Translations under genes and position numbers: made by a program
Source of the DNA: a virus
IMG/VR virus record: IMGVR_UViG_3300032093_011758
Span: 8,362-72,361 of that record
Strand: one strand, 5' to 3'
DNA: 64,000 bases
The notes under the pieces: generated by a model
Told to the model about the DNA's origin: nothing
The model's database searches: none
What the model saw: the letters and a program-made list of their open reading frames with translations, nothing else
In this document: piece after piece, positions 18,356-27,850 of the stretch
How the letters are laid out: the number at the start of each line of letters is the position of its first letter
Position numbering within the stretch: the first letter of the stretch is position 1

Positions 18356-20161
18356 ATGGGTGCATTATTAGAAAGTGGTCTCGTTGGTAATATTGGATTA
18401 AAACACCTTAAAGTTATCAAAGAAGACACAATTAGCAAATGGGACAAATTAGGATTCTTAGAGGGTCTTAGAGGTCACCTTAAAGAGAACGTTGCTCAGT
18501 TATATGAAAACCAAGCATCATTCTTAATCAACGAAGCTTCTGCGACAGATTCTTCTGGTTCTTTTGAAACAGTTGTATTTCCTATCGTAAGAAGAGTATT
18601 CTCTAAACTTTTAGCTAACGACATCGTGTCTGTACAAGCAATGAACTTACCTATCGGTAAATTATTCTACTTTGTTCCTAAAATTCAGGGATACAGTGGA
18701 GGAACCGCTAACAGAAGTGGTGAACACAGAGCTCCAATCGGATCTCCAGGTAACTATCCTGGTGATGCTAACGCAGGTTACGAAGGTGCTTCAGCTTATA
18801 AGAAAAATCTTTATGATCTATTTTATGAAGGTTCTGAACCAACATTAAATCCTGGTGGTCTTTTTGATTATTCTAAAGGTCAGTGGACAGCTATCACGGC
18901 TACTACTACAGTTGTTGAATGGTCAAATGGTGACTTAGTTCCAACTGATTCTCTTACAGGTGAACACAGAAAAATCCTAATCAAAATGTGCGGTTTCAAC
19001 GACACTGGTTATGGTAAATTAATCGGACCTGATGGTTCTGAAATGGATACAGAAAGCTTCTTGTCAGATCTTCATGTTGTTGCAGGTACCGGATTGGATG
19101 TTGTTGCAGGTTGTGTTGATACAACTGCAAGTGCTCTTCCTTTCAGAGTTGTAACTCAGAAATATGGTAAAGGTATCGTTAATCCTAACTACGAAACAAG
19201 AACAACTGCTTGGCCTAATACAAGTGGTGGTAAATATGACGATGTTTGTAGTGTTGACGGATGTATCATTCTTGAAGTTGATCTTCAATGTCCTGTATGT
19301 GTTAACTGTGGTCAAAGTACTCCTGATGGATACAGTGGAGTTACAGTAACATCTGCAGCTTCTGCAACATCTTTCGTAGCTGTTTTCAGAAGATATGAAG
19401 AACTTGAGTTTGAAGATAAGATCGGTGAGGTTTCTTTTGATCTTGAATCAGTAACAGTTTCTGTAACTGAAAGAAAGTTAAGAGCTCAGTGGTCTCCTGA
19501 ATTGGCTCAAGACGTTGCGGCTTTCCACAACATTGACGCTGAAGCTGAACTTACAGCATTACTTTCTGAGCAAGTTGCTGCTGAGATTGATAGAGAAATC
19601 TTAAGAGATCTTAGAAAAGGCGCGGCTTGGACTTTAAGATGGGATTACAACGGTTGGAAAAGACTCGGTGTTACTACATCTTACACTCAGAAAGATTGGA
19701 ACCAAACTCTTATCACAGCAATCAACCAAGTATCTGCACAGATCCACAAATCAACTCTTAGAGGTGGTGCTAACTGGATCGTGGTTTCTTCTGAAATCAG
19801 TGCAATATTTGATGATTTAGAGTATTTCCACGTTTCAAACGCTTCTCCGGAGCAAGATCAGTACAACATGGGTATTGAAAGAGTAGGTACTCTTGCAGGT
19901 AGATACCAAGTATATCGTGATCCTTACTTCCCACCAAACACAGTATTGATGGGTCACAAAGGTACATCACTTCTTGATACAGGTTACATCTACGCTCCTT
20001 ATGTACCTCTTCAATTAACACCTACAATGTACAATCCGTTCAACTTTACTCCTATCAAGGGTATTATGACGAGATACGCTAAGAAAATGGTTAACAACCG
20101 TTTCTACGGACGTATTCAAGTTGATGGTGTTAGAACGTTTGATTTACAAGAGTTGAGATAA
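18356..20161 (+). CDS. major capsid protein (T4 gp23-like) with large Cys-containing insertion
   Basis: PIVRRVF, VSVQAM..P.G, RKLRAQWSPELAQD...H.IDAE.EL, EIDREI, YAPYVPL, F.P..G..TRY. Confidence 0.95.
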   Translation: MGALLESGLVGNIGLKHLKVIKEDTISKWDKLGFLEGLRGHLKENVAQLYENQASFLINEASATDSSGSFETVVFPIVRRVFSKLLANDIVSVQAMNLPIGKLFYFVPKIQGYSGGTANRSGEHRAPIGSPGNYPGDANAGYEGASAYKKNLYDLFYEGSEPTLNPGGLFDYSKGQWTAITATTTVVEWSNGDLVPTDSLTGEHRKILIKMCGFNDTGYGKLIGPDGSEMDTESFLSDLHVVAGTGLDVVAGCVDTTASALPFRVVTQKYGKGIVNPNYETRTTAWPNTSGGKYDDVCSVDGCIILEVDLQCPVCVNCGQSTPDGYSGVTVTSAASATSFVAVFRRYEELEFEDKIGEVSFDLESVTVSVTERKLRAQWSPELAQDVAAFHNIDAEAELTALLSEQVAAEIDREILRDLRKGAAWTLRWDYNGWKRLGVTTSYTQKDWNQTLITAINQVSAQIHKSTLRGGANWIVVSSEISAIFDDLEYFHVSNASPEQDQYNMGIERVGTLAGRYQVYRDPYFPPNTVLMGHKGTSLLDTGYIYAPYVPLQLTPTMYNPFNFTPIKGIMTRYAKKMVNNRFYGRIQVDGVRTFDLQELR

Positions 20162-20180
20162 TATTCTCTAATCAAATAAC

Positions 20181-20211
20181 AAAAGGGACAAGAAATTGTC
20201 CCTTTTTTTTT
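20181..20211 (+). terminator. intrinsic terminator after MCP
   Basis: AAAAGGGACAA-GAAA-TTGTCCCTTTTTTTTT. Confidence 0.88.
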
Positions 20212-20213
20212 AT

Positions 20214-20241
20214 TTGACATTTATTATATTGTTAGTATTTT
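20214..20241 (+). promoter_or_regulatory. TTGACA-N16-TATTTT promoter-like element
   Basis: Upstream of the C-methyltransferase ATG 20253. Confidence 0.35.
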
Positions 20242-20252
20242 TCTATTAAAAA

Positions 20253-21488
20253 ATGATAAATTATTGTGAAATAGATAAGTGCCCAATAACCGGTGACGAT
20301 AAAAAAATCGTTTATTTGGACTTAGGTTTAATGCCTTTGGTAAATAATTTAAATAATACAAGAGAGGATTCCCTAAATTGTGATAAATTTCCATTGGCGG
20401 TTCAAGTTTTCATGAAGAGTCAATTATCTACATTGACTATTGAAGTGGATCCCACAATTTTGTATAATCATTATTTATATAAATCAAGTGTTTCTCAACC
20501 ATATATTGAACATTGTAAAGAAATGTTTTGGTTTCTGAATACGTATTTACAATTGAAAGGAGGTGACAATATTTTAGATATTGGTGGAAATGATGGAACT
20601 TTATTAAAAACTTTTCTAAGTTTTAAACCTGATTTAAATGTTTTAAATATTGATGCATCAAAAAACCTTACTATAGAATCCGAAAAAAATGGTATACCAT
20701 CACTGAATCAATTTTGGAATTCAAATTTAGCTCAATCAATTGATCGTAAATTCAAATTGATAACAACAACTAACTGTTTCCAACATACTAAACCTATAGA
20801 AAGTTTCGTTCAAGGAATTTCTTTGAGCTTAGATAAATTCGGGATTTGGTGTTTAGAATTCCCATATTGGAAAAAAAGTATGGAAACAGATCAATTTGAT
20901 CAAATATATCATGAACACATCTATTATTATTTAGTAGAACCATTAACTAAATTATTTGATAAATATAATTTAAGGATTATAAAAGCAGTACAATATCCTA
21001 TTCACGGAGGAACAATGAGATTATTAATATCCCATAAAGGAGAGCTAGGCGAAGCTTTCCAACCTTGTGATTATAGTATTCCTCCTATATTAGAAAATGA
21101 AAAGTTTACTTTAGAGGATTATGTTAAATGGGGGGATAAAATAAAAAATAAATTTGAAAAGACTAAAGATTTTTTAGTTTCATTGAAAAATCAAGGTTAT
21201 AAAATAGCCGGTTTCGGAGCGGCGGCTAAAGGTTGTGTATTTCTCAATGCCGCTCAAATTGATTATCAAATCATAGATTATGTAATTGATGATACTTATA
21301 TAAAACAAAATAAATTTATCCCGGGTACTGGTATTGAAATAGTTTCAAGAGAAGAATTGAAACGCTCTCAAGTTGACTATATTTTAATTTTAGCTCATAA
21401 TTTTTTAGATTATATTATAAAACTTTTGAGATATGATGGGTATGAAGGTAAATTCATTGTATTGATACCTGAAACCAAAATTTTATAG
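20253..21488 (+). CDS. NDP-hexose C-methyltransferase family SAM-dependent methyltransferase
   Basis: LDLG.MPL.N, DIGGNDGTLL, FDQIYHEHIYY, IHGGTMR, GFGAAAKG, K.IPGT.I.I, ILAHNF. Confidence 0.88.
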   Translation: MINYCEIDKCPITGDDKKIVYLDLGLMPLVNNLNNTREDSLNCDKFPLAVQVFMKSQLSTLTIEVDPTILYNHYLYKSSVSQPYIEHCKEMFWFLNTYLQLKGGDNILDIGGNDGTLLKTFLSFKPDLNVLNIDASKNLTIESEKNGIPSLNQFWNSNLAQSIDRKFKLITTTNCFQHTKPIESFVQGISLSLDKFGIWCLEFPYWKKSMETDQFDQIYHEHIYYYLVEPLTKLFDKYNLRIIKAVQYPIHGGTMRLLISHKGELGEAFQPCDYSIPPILENEKFTLEDYVKWGDKIKNKFEKTKDFLVSLKNQGYKIAGFGAAAKGCVFLNAAQIDYQIIDYVIDDTYIKQNKFIPGTGIEIVSREELKRSQVDYILILAHNFLDYIIKLLRYDGYEGKFIVLIPETKIL

Positions 21489-21491
21489 TTT

Positions 21492-21860
21492 TCAATATAA
21501 AACTTGATTATATTTCTTAAGTATTTTATAACCTAAATTTATTCTAGGTTCTATTTGTGGTATAGAAAAGGAAATCAGATCTTTTATCTCATATAAAATT
21601 TCGTTGTTCTCACCTTCCAATTTTATGTTTTCAAAAAAAACATATCTGTTTTTATCAAATGTGATTTTTATTTTAGAAAAGGAGGATTCAAATCCAATTA
21701 GTTCATCAATAATTCTCTCTAAATGAAGTAGATGAGGTGATAAAACTTTATTATGGAAATCATAATCCACTTTTTGTAGATATGAAAAAAGTAAATATTC
21801 TTTATATTCTGAATCTAATGGAGAATCAATGTACCAAGTTAAAGATAATAAATTTTCCAT
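21492..21860 (-). CDS. hypothetical protein
   Basis: 122-aa ORF (W..SPLD.EYKEYLL.SYLQKV) with TATTTAT upstream. Confidence 0.7.
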   Translation of the reverse strand: MENLLSLTWYIDSPLDSEYKEYLLFSYLQKVDYDFHNKVLSPHLLHLERIIDELIGFESSFSKIKITFDKNRYVFFENIKLEGENNEILYEIKDLISFSIPQIEPRINLGYKILKKYNQVLY

Positions 21861-21875
21861 AACTAAGGTTTTATT

Positions 21876-21882
21876 ATAAATA
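21876..21882 (-). promoter_or_regulatory. TATTTAT putative late promoter
   Basis: Divergent partner of the motif at 21910. Confidence 0.55.
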
Positions 21883-21909
21883 TAATATAGTTATTTTTAA
21901 ATAATAAAG

Positions 21910-21916
21910 TATTTAT
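21910..21916 (+). promoter_or_regulatory. TATTTAT putative late promoter
   Basis: 15 nt before ATG 21932. Confidence 0.6.
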
Positions 21917-21931
21917 TAAAAAATAATTGTT

Positions 21932-23176
21932 ATGATAAAAAACTTATTTGAGGTATCTCAAGAAGAAAAAAATAGAATTTTGAGATTGCATGAAACGGCA
22001 ACAAAAAAACAATATTTAATATTTGAACAAACTGAAAACCCAGATCCTTCGGAATTTGGACCTGTGAATTTGGGTCAACATTTCGGATATGCCGATTATG
22101 AATCGGAAGCCGTTAAAGCAGACATACAAAAATTAAAACCTCAAATTGAAAAATTTATTTCGGAAAACACATCTTATTCTAAATTTGAAGTGAAAATTGA
22201 AGGTGGAGAATCTAGAGTTACAAACCCAGAAAAATTTAAACAACAAGGAAGTTTAGCATTGGCAAGAGCAAATAGTGTTAAAAAGTATTTTGAAGAAATT
22301 TTTCCCGAACAAATAAAAAACGGGGTTTTAGTAATTAATGCTCCAACTGATGTAAATCAAATCGAAATTGGTACAACACCATATGGAGGACCCGGTAGTG
22401 GGGATCATACAGATAAAGCTAAAATACCTCTATATGAAAAAGAACAATTTGTTAGATTTCAAATTAAAGGTATCGGAGAAAAAACATCAATTCCACTAAC
22501 AGGAACTACCGGTAATACTTTAAGTTGTCAAGAATCATTAACATCCTCCGGATTACAAGGTTTTGGAGATGTGACAAAGGATTTTACAGTATCAATAGAT
22601 ACTGAATTAACCATTGAAAAAGGTGAGTTCACAATAGATGGCTATACATACGACATGCCAGATATATTATATTTTAGTTTGGATGGAAATACTAACTTCA
22701 AAAATAATTCTGGAAAGTTCAGAGGTGTTGACGCTCCATGGACTAGAATATTTTTAGGAACTGCATTAAGAACAAAATATGGTACAAATCTACCAGAAAC
22801 CTTATCTTCACAAGGGTATTCAATAACTATACCTGACATAACATTTTTAAGACGAAACTTAATTTCGGCGTTCAACAGTTGGAATATTACTTCTTTTCAT
22901 AATTTGTTTTTAAATTCACCATATAAAAATGATAGTTGGTGGACATCAATGTCAAACTACCATAATTCAAAAAGAAAAAATAATGATTTAAACTTATTAT
23001 TGAAAGAGTTAGGTGATGAATTTCCATGGGGTTATCTGAATGGTGATATTCTTAGCCCACGATTCAGTGTCGGACCAATCAAAGTGGATACACCGGGAAA
23101 ACCACAAAAACTAACAGTAATCAACTTTGCTCCAAATGGTAATACTAACTGGGAGTTTCAAATAATTTGTAAATAA
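21932..23176 (+). CDS. protein with short leader and divergent OmpA-like (peptidoglycan-binding-type) domain
   Basis: Leader EEKNRILRLHE...IFE|Q; VKIEGGES...LALARANSVKKYF...QFVRF resembles an OmpA C-domain. Confidence 0.5.
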   Translation: MIKNLFEVSQEEKNRILRLHETATKKQYLIFEQTENPDPSEFGPVNLGQHFGYADYESEAVKADIQKLKPQIEKFISENTSYSKFEVKIEGGESRVTNPEKFKQQGSLALARANSVKKYFEEIFPEQIKNGVLVINAPTDVNQIEIGTTPYGGPGSGDHTDKAKIPLYEKEQFVRFQIKGIGEKTSIPLTGTTGNTLSCQESLTSSGLQGFGDVTKDFTVSIDTELTIEKGEFTIDGYTYDMPDILYFSLDGNTNFKNNSGKFRGVDAPWTRIFLGTALRTKYGTNLPETLSSQGYSITIPDITFLRRNLISAFNSWNITSFHNLFLNSPYKNDSWWTSMSNYHNSKRKNNDLNLLLKELGDEFPWGYLNGDILSPRFSVGPIKVDTPGKPQKLTVINFAPNGNTNWEFQIICK

Positions 23177-23177
23177 A

Positions 23178-23558
23178 TTAATCAATTGAACAGTTTCTTC
23201 TTGAGTGGGTTCTAACAGATAGTACAACTAAATTAGTTTCTTGAGTTGCAACATTTTTTAATGGTATCGTTAATGGAAATGTTAAATTATTTTTTTTAAA
23301 TAATGAATCAAGAGATTCATTGCAATAATAAGAATATTTGTTACTTAAAGTATCCAAAACTCCTATCATTGAAAGTTCATACCTCAACGAATCTTTTATT
23401 TCTGTTTTATACCCATTCAATAAGTAGAAACTTACTTTAACATTTAAAATTTCGGAAAGATAATTGTAGATATTATCATTAGTTGTTGGTTTTCTGACTT
23501 GAGAAAAACTAACGAAGGAGAATCCAAGGAATACTAGTGTGATCAGTTGTTTTTTCAT
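23178..23558 (-). CDS. exported protein with Sec signal peptide
   Basis: MKKQLITLVFLGFSFVSFS|Q; DSL/DTL sequons. Confidence 0.7.
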   Translation of the reverse strand: MKKQLITLVFLGFSFVSFSQVRKPTTNDNIYNYLSEILNVKVSFYLLNGYKTEIKDSLRYELSMIGVLDTLSNKYSYYCNESLDSLFKKNNLTFPLTIPLKNVATQETNLVVLSVRTHSRRNCSID

Positions 23559-23586
23559 CTTTTTTAAATTTAGAATGTAAAGATAA

Positions 23587-23841
23587 CTAATTTTCCTGAA
23601 TATCTGGTGTAGAAATTTTTCTTAAAGCTTTAGATAATAATTCTGATTCTAATAATGAGTACGCATTTCTCTTATAGGCCGATTGGGCAGCCTGAATTAA
23701 ACAATATAAAGCTTGTTCATAAGTTAAATTATTTATAAACTTTTCAATGTCTTCATTTTTGTAAAAATTGATATTATCAAATAGTATACCCATCGGGATA
23801 TCATAATTTGGGATATTTTCCTCTTTGTGATCCATAAACAT
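23587..23841 (-). CDS. hypothetical protein
   Basis: 84-aa ORF. Confidence 0.65.
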   Translation of the reverse strand: MFMDHKEENIPNYDIPMGILFDNINFYKNEDIEKFINNLTYEQALYCLIQAAQSAYKRNAYSLLESELLSKALRKISTPDIQEN

Positions 23842-23852
23842 TACTTATTAGA

Positions 23853-23859
23853 TATTTAT
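23853..23859 (+). promoter_or_regulatory. TATTTAT putative late promoter
   Basis: Upstream of ATG 23882. Confidence 0.55.
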
Positions 23860-23881
23860 AATATAACTATTTTTTTTAATA

Positions 23882-24565
23882 ATGTCTAATAATTTCAAGA
23901 AAATAAATGAAGCAACTTCCGCCGGAAATGCTGGTGGATATAGAAACCCATTAGTCATGGGTCTGAAATTATGGGGTAAAAAAACATTAGAACCCTACAA
24001 TAAAAAAGTTTCCAAATACGACAACCCTCAACTCGCACATGATAGTTATGATGGAAAATTGAATGTTTCAAAAAAGAAAGCCGCACAAATGGAAAAATTA
24101 TCAAAAAAAATTGCTAACTATTTAAAAAAACACCCAACTCTTAATGACACAGATGGTGATAATATCAATGGTGGAAATGGTCCTAAACAAAAAACTAAAC
24201 CTTTGAATGAGGATCTTGCGGTTTGGTTCGGAACGAAAAAAAAACCAAAAGGAAGTAGTCAACCTAAAGGTCCATGGGTTAATATTTGTAGAAAAAAGGA
24301 AGGTGGAGGACATCCCCCTTGTGGTAGACCTGAAGCAGAACCGGGATCATATCCTAAATGTAGAGCGGCGGGTGTTGCGGCTAAAATGACTGATGCACAA
24401 AAAAGATCTGCATGTCAGCAAAAAAGAAGGGCCGAAAAATCAGACCCCAAAATCGGTAAAGGAAATAAACCTACCATGGTTTCCTACAAACCAAAGAAAA
24501 AAACTTCAGAGGATATAGTTTTAGAAAATTTAATCAAAAATATTTTGAGACGTATGTTTATCTAA
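23882..24565 (+). CDS. basic protein with WF...WVNIC...CGR...YPKC module (DUF5872-like C-half)
   Basis: EDLAVWF...PWVNICRK...PCGR...YPKCR; INE|A and LNE|D candidate cleavage sites. Confidence 0.6.
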   Translation: MSNNFKKINEATSAGNAGGYRNPLVMGLKLWGKKTLEPYNKKVSKYDNPQLAHDSYDGKLNVSKKKAAQMEKLSKKIANYLKKHPTLNDTDGDNINGGNGPKQKTKPLNEDLAVWFGTKKKPKGSSQPKGPWVNICRKKEGGGHPPCGRPEAEPGSYPKCRAAGVAAKMTDAQKRSACQQKRRAEKSDPKIGKGNKPTMVSYKPKKKTSEDIVLENLIKNILRRMFI

Positions 24566-24970
24566 ATTACTCAGAATATTTTTTAATGAATATTCAATGT
24601 TTGATTTTATTTCCTCTTCCAATTCAATTCTTTTTCTTTCTTGTTCTTTATCTATGAGTTGTATTATTTCAAAATAATATTTATCCTCCTCAAAATATAC
24701 ATCGTATCTATAACTATCGTTGATAATTGACGCCATTCTGTTTTCAATCACAACAAACATTTTCAGAGAATCATTTTTCAAATATCTTTTATTTGACAAT
24801 GGTGCGCTTGTAATTTTTGTGTCTTTTAAAGGGATTAATTTTTTACAGATTTCAAAACAAATTATTTGTTCTTCTGAAATGGGTTTTGGATGATCAAATT
24901 TATTTTTTAAAAATAAATAAACTTTGTATAATAATCTTGGGATGTAACCTACAATTTCTTTGTTGTCCAT
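24530..24970 (-). CDS. hypothetical protein
   Basis: 146-aa ORF; TAACTTTG (Bacteroidota -7-like) just upstream. Confidence 0.7.
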   Translation of the reverse strand: MDNKEIVGYIPRLLYKVYLFLKNKFDHPKPISEEQIICFEICKKLIPLKDTKITSAPLSNKRYLKNDSLKMFVVIENRMASIINDSYRYDVYFEEDKYYFEIIQLIDKEQERKRIELEEEIKSNIEYSLKNILSNLDKHTSQNIFD

Positions 24971-25047
24971 ATATCAAAGTTAAAAAAAAATAATTAAAAA
25001 TAATTTCTTTTTCTAATTTTTTTTTGTTATTCTTAAAAAAAAAACAT

Positions 25048-25473
25048 ATGTCAAAAGTAAAAAACGGAGACACAATTAGTGTCCACTACACAGGTAAATT
25101 AGAAGACGGTACTGTCTTTGATTCTTCTTTATTGAATAACAGACAACCATTGAAAGCGACTTTAGGTCAAAATCAATTGATTAAAGGGTTTGAGAGTGGT
25201 TTAATTGATATGGAAGTTGGTTCTAAAAAAACAATTACAATTGAACCATCAAATGCTTATGGTGAATTAAATGAACAGATGGTAATTGAAGTACCTAAAA
25301 ACAAGGTTCCTGAAAATGTTGAGGTTGGTCATACTTTACAAGCTCAAACACCACAAGGACCTGTAAATGTCTTAGTTAAAGAGATTAAAGAAGAGTCGGT
25401 AATTTTGGATGGTAATCATCCATTAGCCGGAAAAACTTTGATTTTTGATCTTGAACTAATGGGAATTGAATAA
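25048..25473 (+). CDS. slyD: FKBP-type peptidyl-prolyl isomerase (SlyD/SlpA-like, with IF domain, no His tail)
   Basis: VHYTGKLEDGTVFDSS, LIKGFESGL.M.VG, P..AYG, LDGNHPLAGKTL.FDLE. Confidence 0.92.
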   Translation: MSKVKNGDTISVHYTGKLEDGTVFDSSLLNNRQPLKATLGQNQLIKGFESGLIDMEVGSKKTITIEPSNAYGELNEQMVIEVPKNKVPENVEVGHTLQAQTPQGPVNVLVKEIKEESVILDGNHPLAGKTLIFDLELMGIE

Positions 25474-25479
25474 AAAATT

Positions 25480-25505
25480 AACCCCTCGTTTAAGAGGGGT
25501 TTTTT
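25480..25505. terminator. bidirectional intrinsic terminator
   Basis: AACCCCTC-GTTTAA-GAGGGGTTTTTT between convergent genes. Confidence 0.8.
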
Positions 25506-25508
25506 AAT

Positions 25509-26315
25509 TTAACAATAAGGTGGGGAACATCTTTTTTTACCATCAGTTCCTGGCATTTTTCCTTTGCAAACTTGTACAGCGTATCCGTTTGCATATGCTG
25601 AGGGGTAAACTTTAAATTTAGCCTTTGCTGCTGACTTACCTCTAGCACATAATTTGGTTCCTGTTTTTTTTCTTCCTTCTGAAACCATATCAGAGTCATC
25701 AGATATCACATCAAAATCCGTGTCGGCTTCGTTTGTCAGAAAATCAAATACTTGGTCTATTGACTCTTTGGCAGTTGCAACATGATCTTGAGCCCAATCA
25801 TGACCATTTTCTAAAACTTGTGAAATCATATTTTCATCCATATCTAATAACAAATCACATTGTCTTTTGATTTGTTCTAAATTTTGGAAAAACATGTATC
25901 TATCGTTTCTTTGTTCCTTCAAAACCTTTTTGATAACTTTTTGAAGATAACTTTCTTCAACATGTTTTTCTCCTTTCATTTTTAAATATTTGTCTAAAGG
26001 TAGGTCATCAGATTTTATTGGAGAGTAAGGTTTTTGTTCTTTCCATTTTTCACTTCTACCTCCGATGGCTTGTTTGTAATTACGTCCTTTAGATCTCATT
26101 TTGTCTTGGAATTCTTCATCGTAATCGTCAAATGCTTCATAACCTTCCGGTGTATCATAGTCATTGGAATCATTTTCAAATTCAGTGTCATAAGTTTCTT
26201 CATCGTCTATTGTATCAGATGTGTCAATAGAATAAATTAAAGGATCTTCCGATGATAAATCTTCATCATTTTTTTTATACTTGAAATCGTATGGATTTAT
26301 AGGTTTTTTCTTCAT
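25509..26315 (-). CDS. modular acidic/basic protein ending in KVYPSAYANG module (likely internal head protein)
   Basis: Segments separated by VEE|S, LKE|Q, VSE|G; C-terminal KLCARGKSAAKAKFKVYPSAYANGYAVQVCKG. Confidence 0.6.
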   Translation of the reverse strand: MKKKPINPYDFKYKKNDEDLSSEDPLIYSIDTSDTIDDEETYDTEFENDSNDYDTPEGYEAFDDYDEEFQDKMRSKGRNYKQAIGGRSEKWKEQKPYSPIKSDDLPLDKYLKMKGEKHVEESYLQKVIKKVLKEQRNDRYMFFQNLEQIKRQCDLLLDMDENMISQVLENGHDWAQDHVATAKESIDQVFDFLTNEADTDFDVISDDSDMVSEGRKKTGTKLCARGKSAAKAKFKVYPSAYANGYAVQVCKGKMPGTDGKKRCSPPYC

Positions 26316-26316
26316 G

Positions 26317-27819
26317 TTACTTTTTATTTACAATTTGAAATTTTATTGTTCTTTTATAAGTATCTACAATCCCACTTGTGTTTACTTTAATATCTACAAA
26401 ATACTCGTTTGGTATTTTATCTCTTGTGTCAAATATAAAGTAGTATTCGTTAGTGGTCCTATTAAGTTTGGTCCAATCCTGAACTTGAACTTCTGTGTTT
26501 CCTTCTCTAACGTATATTCTATAAAATCCATCCACATTTTGAAGTAGATGTTTGGTTGTGTAAGCTTTTTTGATTACTACCCCCACTTTTCTGATATCAG
26601 TGTTCAATATTTTTTCATCTTGTTTTATTCCGTAAAAATCAAACCCATAAATTTCAGGTTCTTTAGATTGAACACCCAACATTATTTTGTTTTTATAAGG
26701 TAATAATGTAAATTCATTTTCTATGTTAGGTAATAATTCACCATTCAACTTTACATTAGACCAAACATCAGAAAATTGACAAGGGGTTTTAAATCCATTT
26801 ATAGGAGGAATTTGAACCTCATAAACCCCTTTTGTCTTTCTACATGTAGGTAGACCTATTAATGTTGGAATAGGGTCTCCATTGGGGTCTAAAATAGTTA
26901 CTGAAGGATTCTCATCTAAGTTCACATAATCTCCATTGATATATGCGAACAAATAAAGTTTGTTAGGGGTATTTTCAACAAATAAATTTCTATCATCTTC
27001 TATTAAATCATTATATGTTGTCAACAGGTATGGTTCGTAAAAAGTTTGTGTGTGTCTTGTAAAAAATGAAACACTATAGTTAGATGTAAGTCCGGTAATG
27101 TTTTCAAACTCAGGTCTGAAAGCTATACCCCATCCGGTTACGTCGGTTATAGATCCGTTGATAATTCCATTTATTTCATTGGTCATATCAAAATTGATAT
27201 CCTCATTTCCTTTATCAAAATGTTGAATATCTACAATTACTAAGTCATCATAATTGACAAATGATGAAGTATTTTTATTACTATACATTCCTTCCTCAGA
27301 CCAAAAATCCAAGTTTGTATTTTGGTACCAATTTGAAGGCCTATCAGAAACAGGATTGTCAACTAATGGTTCTGTGACCAATTGTACACCAACAAAGTTG
27401 TTAAGAGCTCTACTAGTATCATTGAAATCGTAACCAACTCCTTCATCCCAATTTTGTGGGTTTCCGTTTACACCTAATGTTTTTGGTATTCTGAATAATA
27501 TCAAATCAAAAGAACTGGCTCTTTTTCTTTCGTCTGAATTAAATGAATTCAAAAGTTCCTCATTGAATTTGATTGTGTTGGTCATCGTCAATGTATGTGT
27601 CAAATTATCAACACAACTTGTGCTTATAGTACCATCTAAAATCTTTTGAAATAATGTTGTAAAATCTATATTGAATATAAATCTACTGAACCCTTGAGGT
27701 GAAATACTTTCTCTATTAGATCCGTAATAGATATCCGTTACAGGATTTCTACCGGTATTTAAAGTACTTTCAAATAATATCGTATTATTTTTGTTAAAAT
27801 ATGACCTATGTATGGACAT
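26317..27819 (-). CDS. putative virion structural (tail/baseplate) protein
   Basis: 500 aa, beta-rich; WDEGVG and FFTRHT.TFYEPYL motifs; TATTTAT upstream; next to the spike gene. Confidence 0.55.
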   Translation of the reverse strand: MSIHRSYFNKNNTILFESTLNTGRNPVTDIYYGSNRESISPQGFSRFIFNIDFTTLFQKILDGTISTSCVDNLTHTLTMTNTIKFNEELLNSFNSDERKRASSFDLILFRIPKTLGVNGNPQNWDEGVGYDFNDTSRALNNFVGVQLVTEPLVDNPVSDRPSNWYQNTNLDFWSEEGMYSNKNTSSFVNYDDLVIVDIQHFDKGNEDINFDMTNEINGIINGSITDVTGWGIAFRPEFENITGLTSNYSVSFFTRHTQTFYEPYLLTTYNDLIEDDRNLFVENTPNKLYLFAYINGDYVNLDENPSVTILDPNGDPIPTLIGLPTCRKTKGVYEVQIPPINGFKTPCQFSDVWSNVKLNGELLPNIENEFTLLPYKNKIMLGVQSKEPEIYGFDFYGIKQDEKILNTDIRKVGVVIKKAYTTKHLLQNVDGFYRIYVREGNTEVQVQDWTKLNRTTNEYYFIFDTRDKIPNEYFVDIKVNTSGIVDTYKRTIKFQIVNKK

Positions 27820-27831
27820 AATCTTTTAACA

Positions 27832-27838
27832 ATAAATA
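27832..27838 (-). promoter_or_regulatory. TATTTAT putative late promoter
   Basis: 12 nt upstream of start 27819. Confidence 0.55.
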
Positions 27839-27850
27839 TCAATAAAACAA

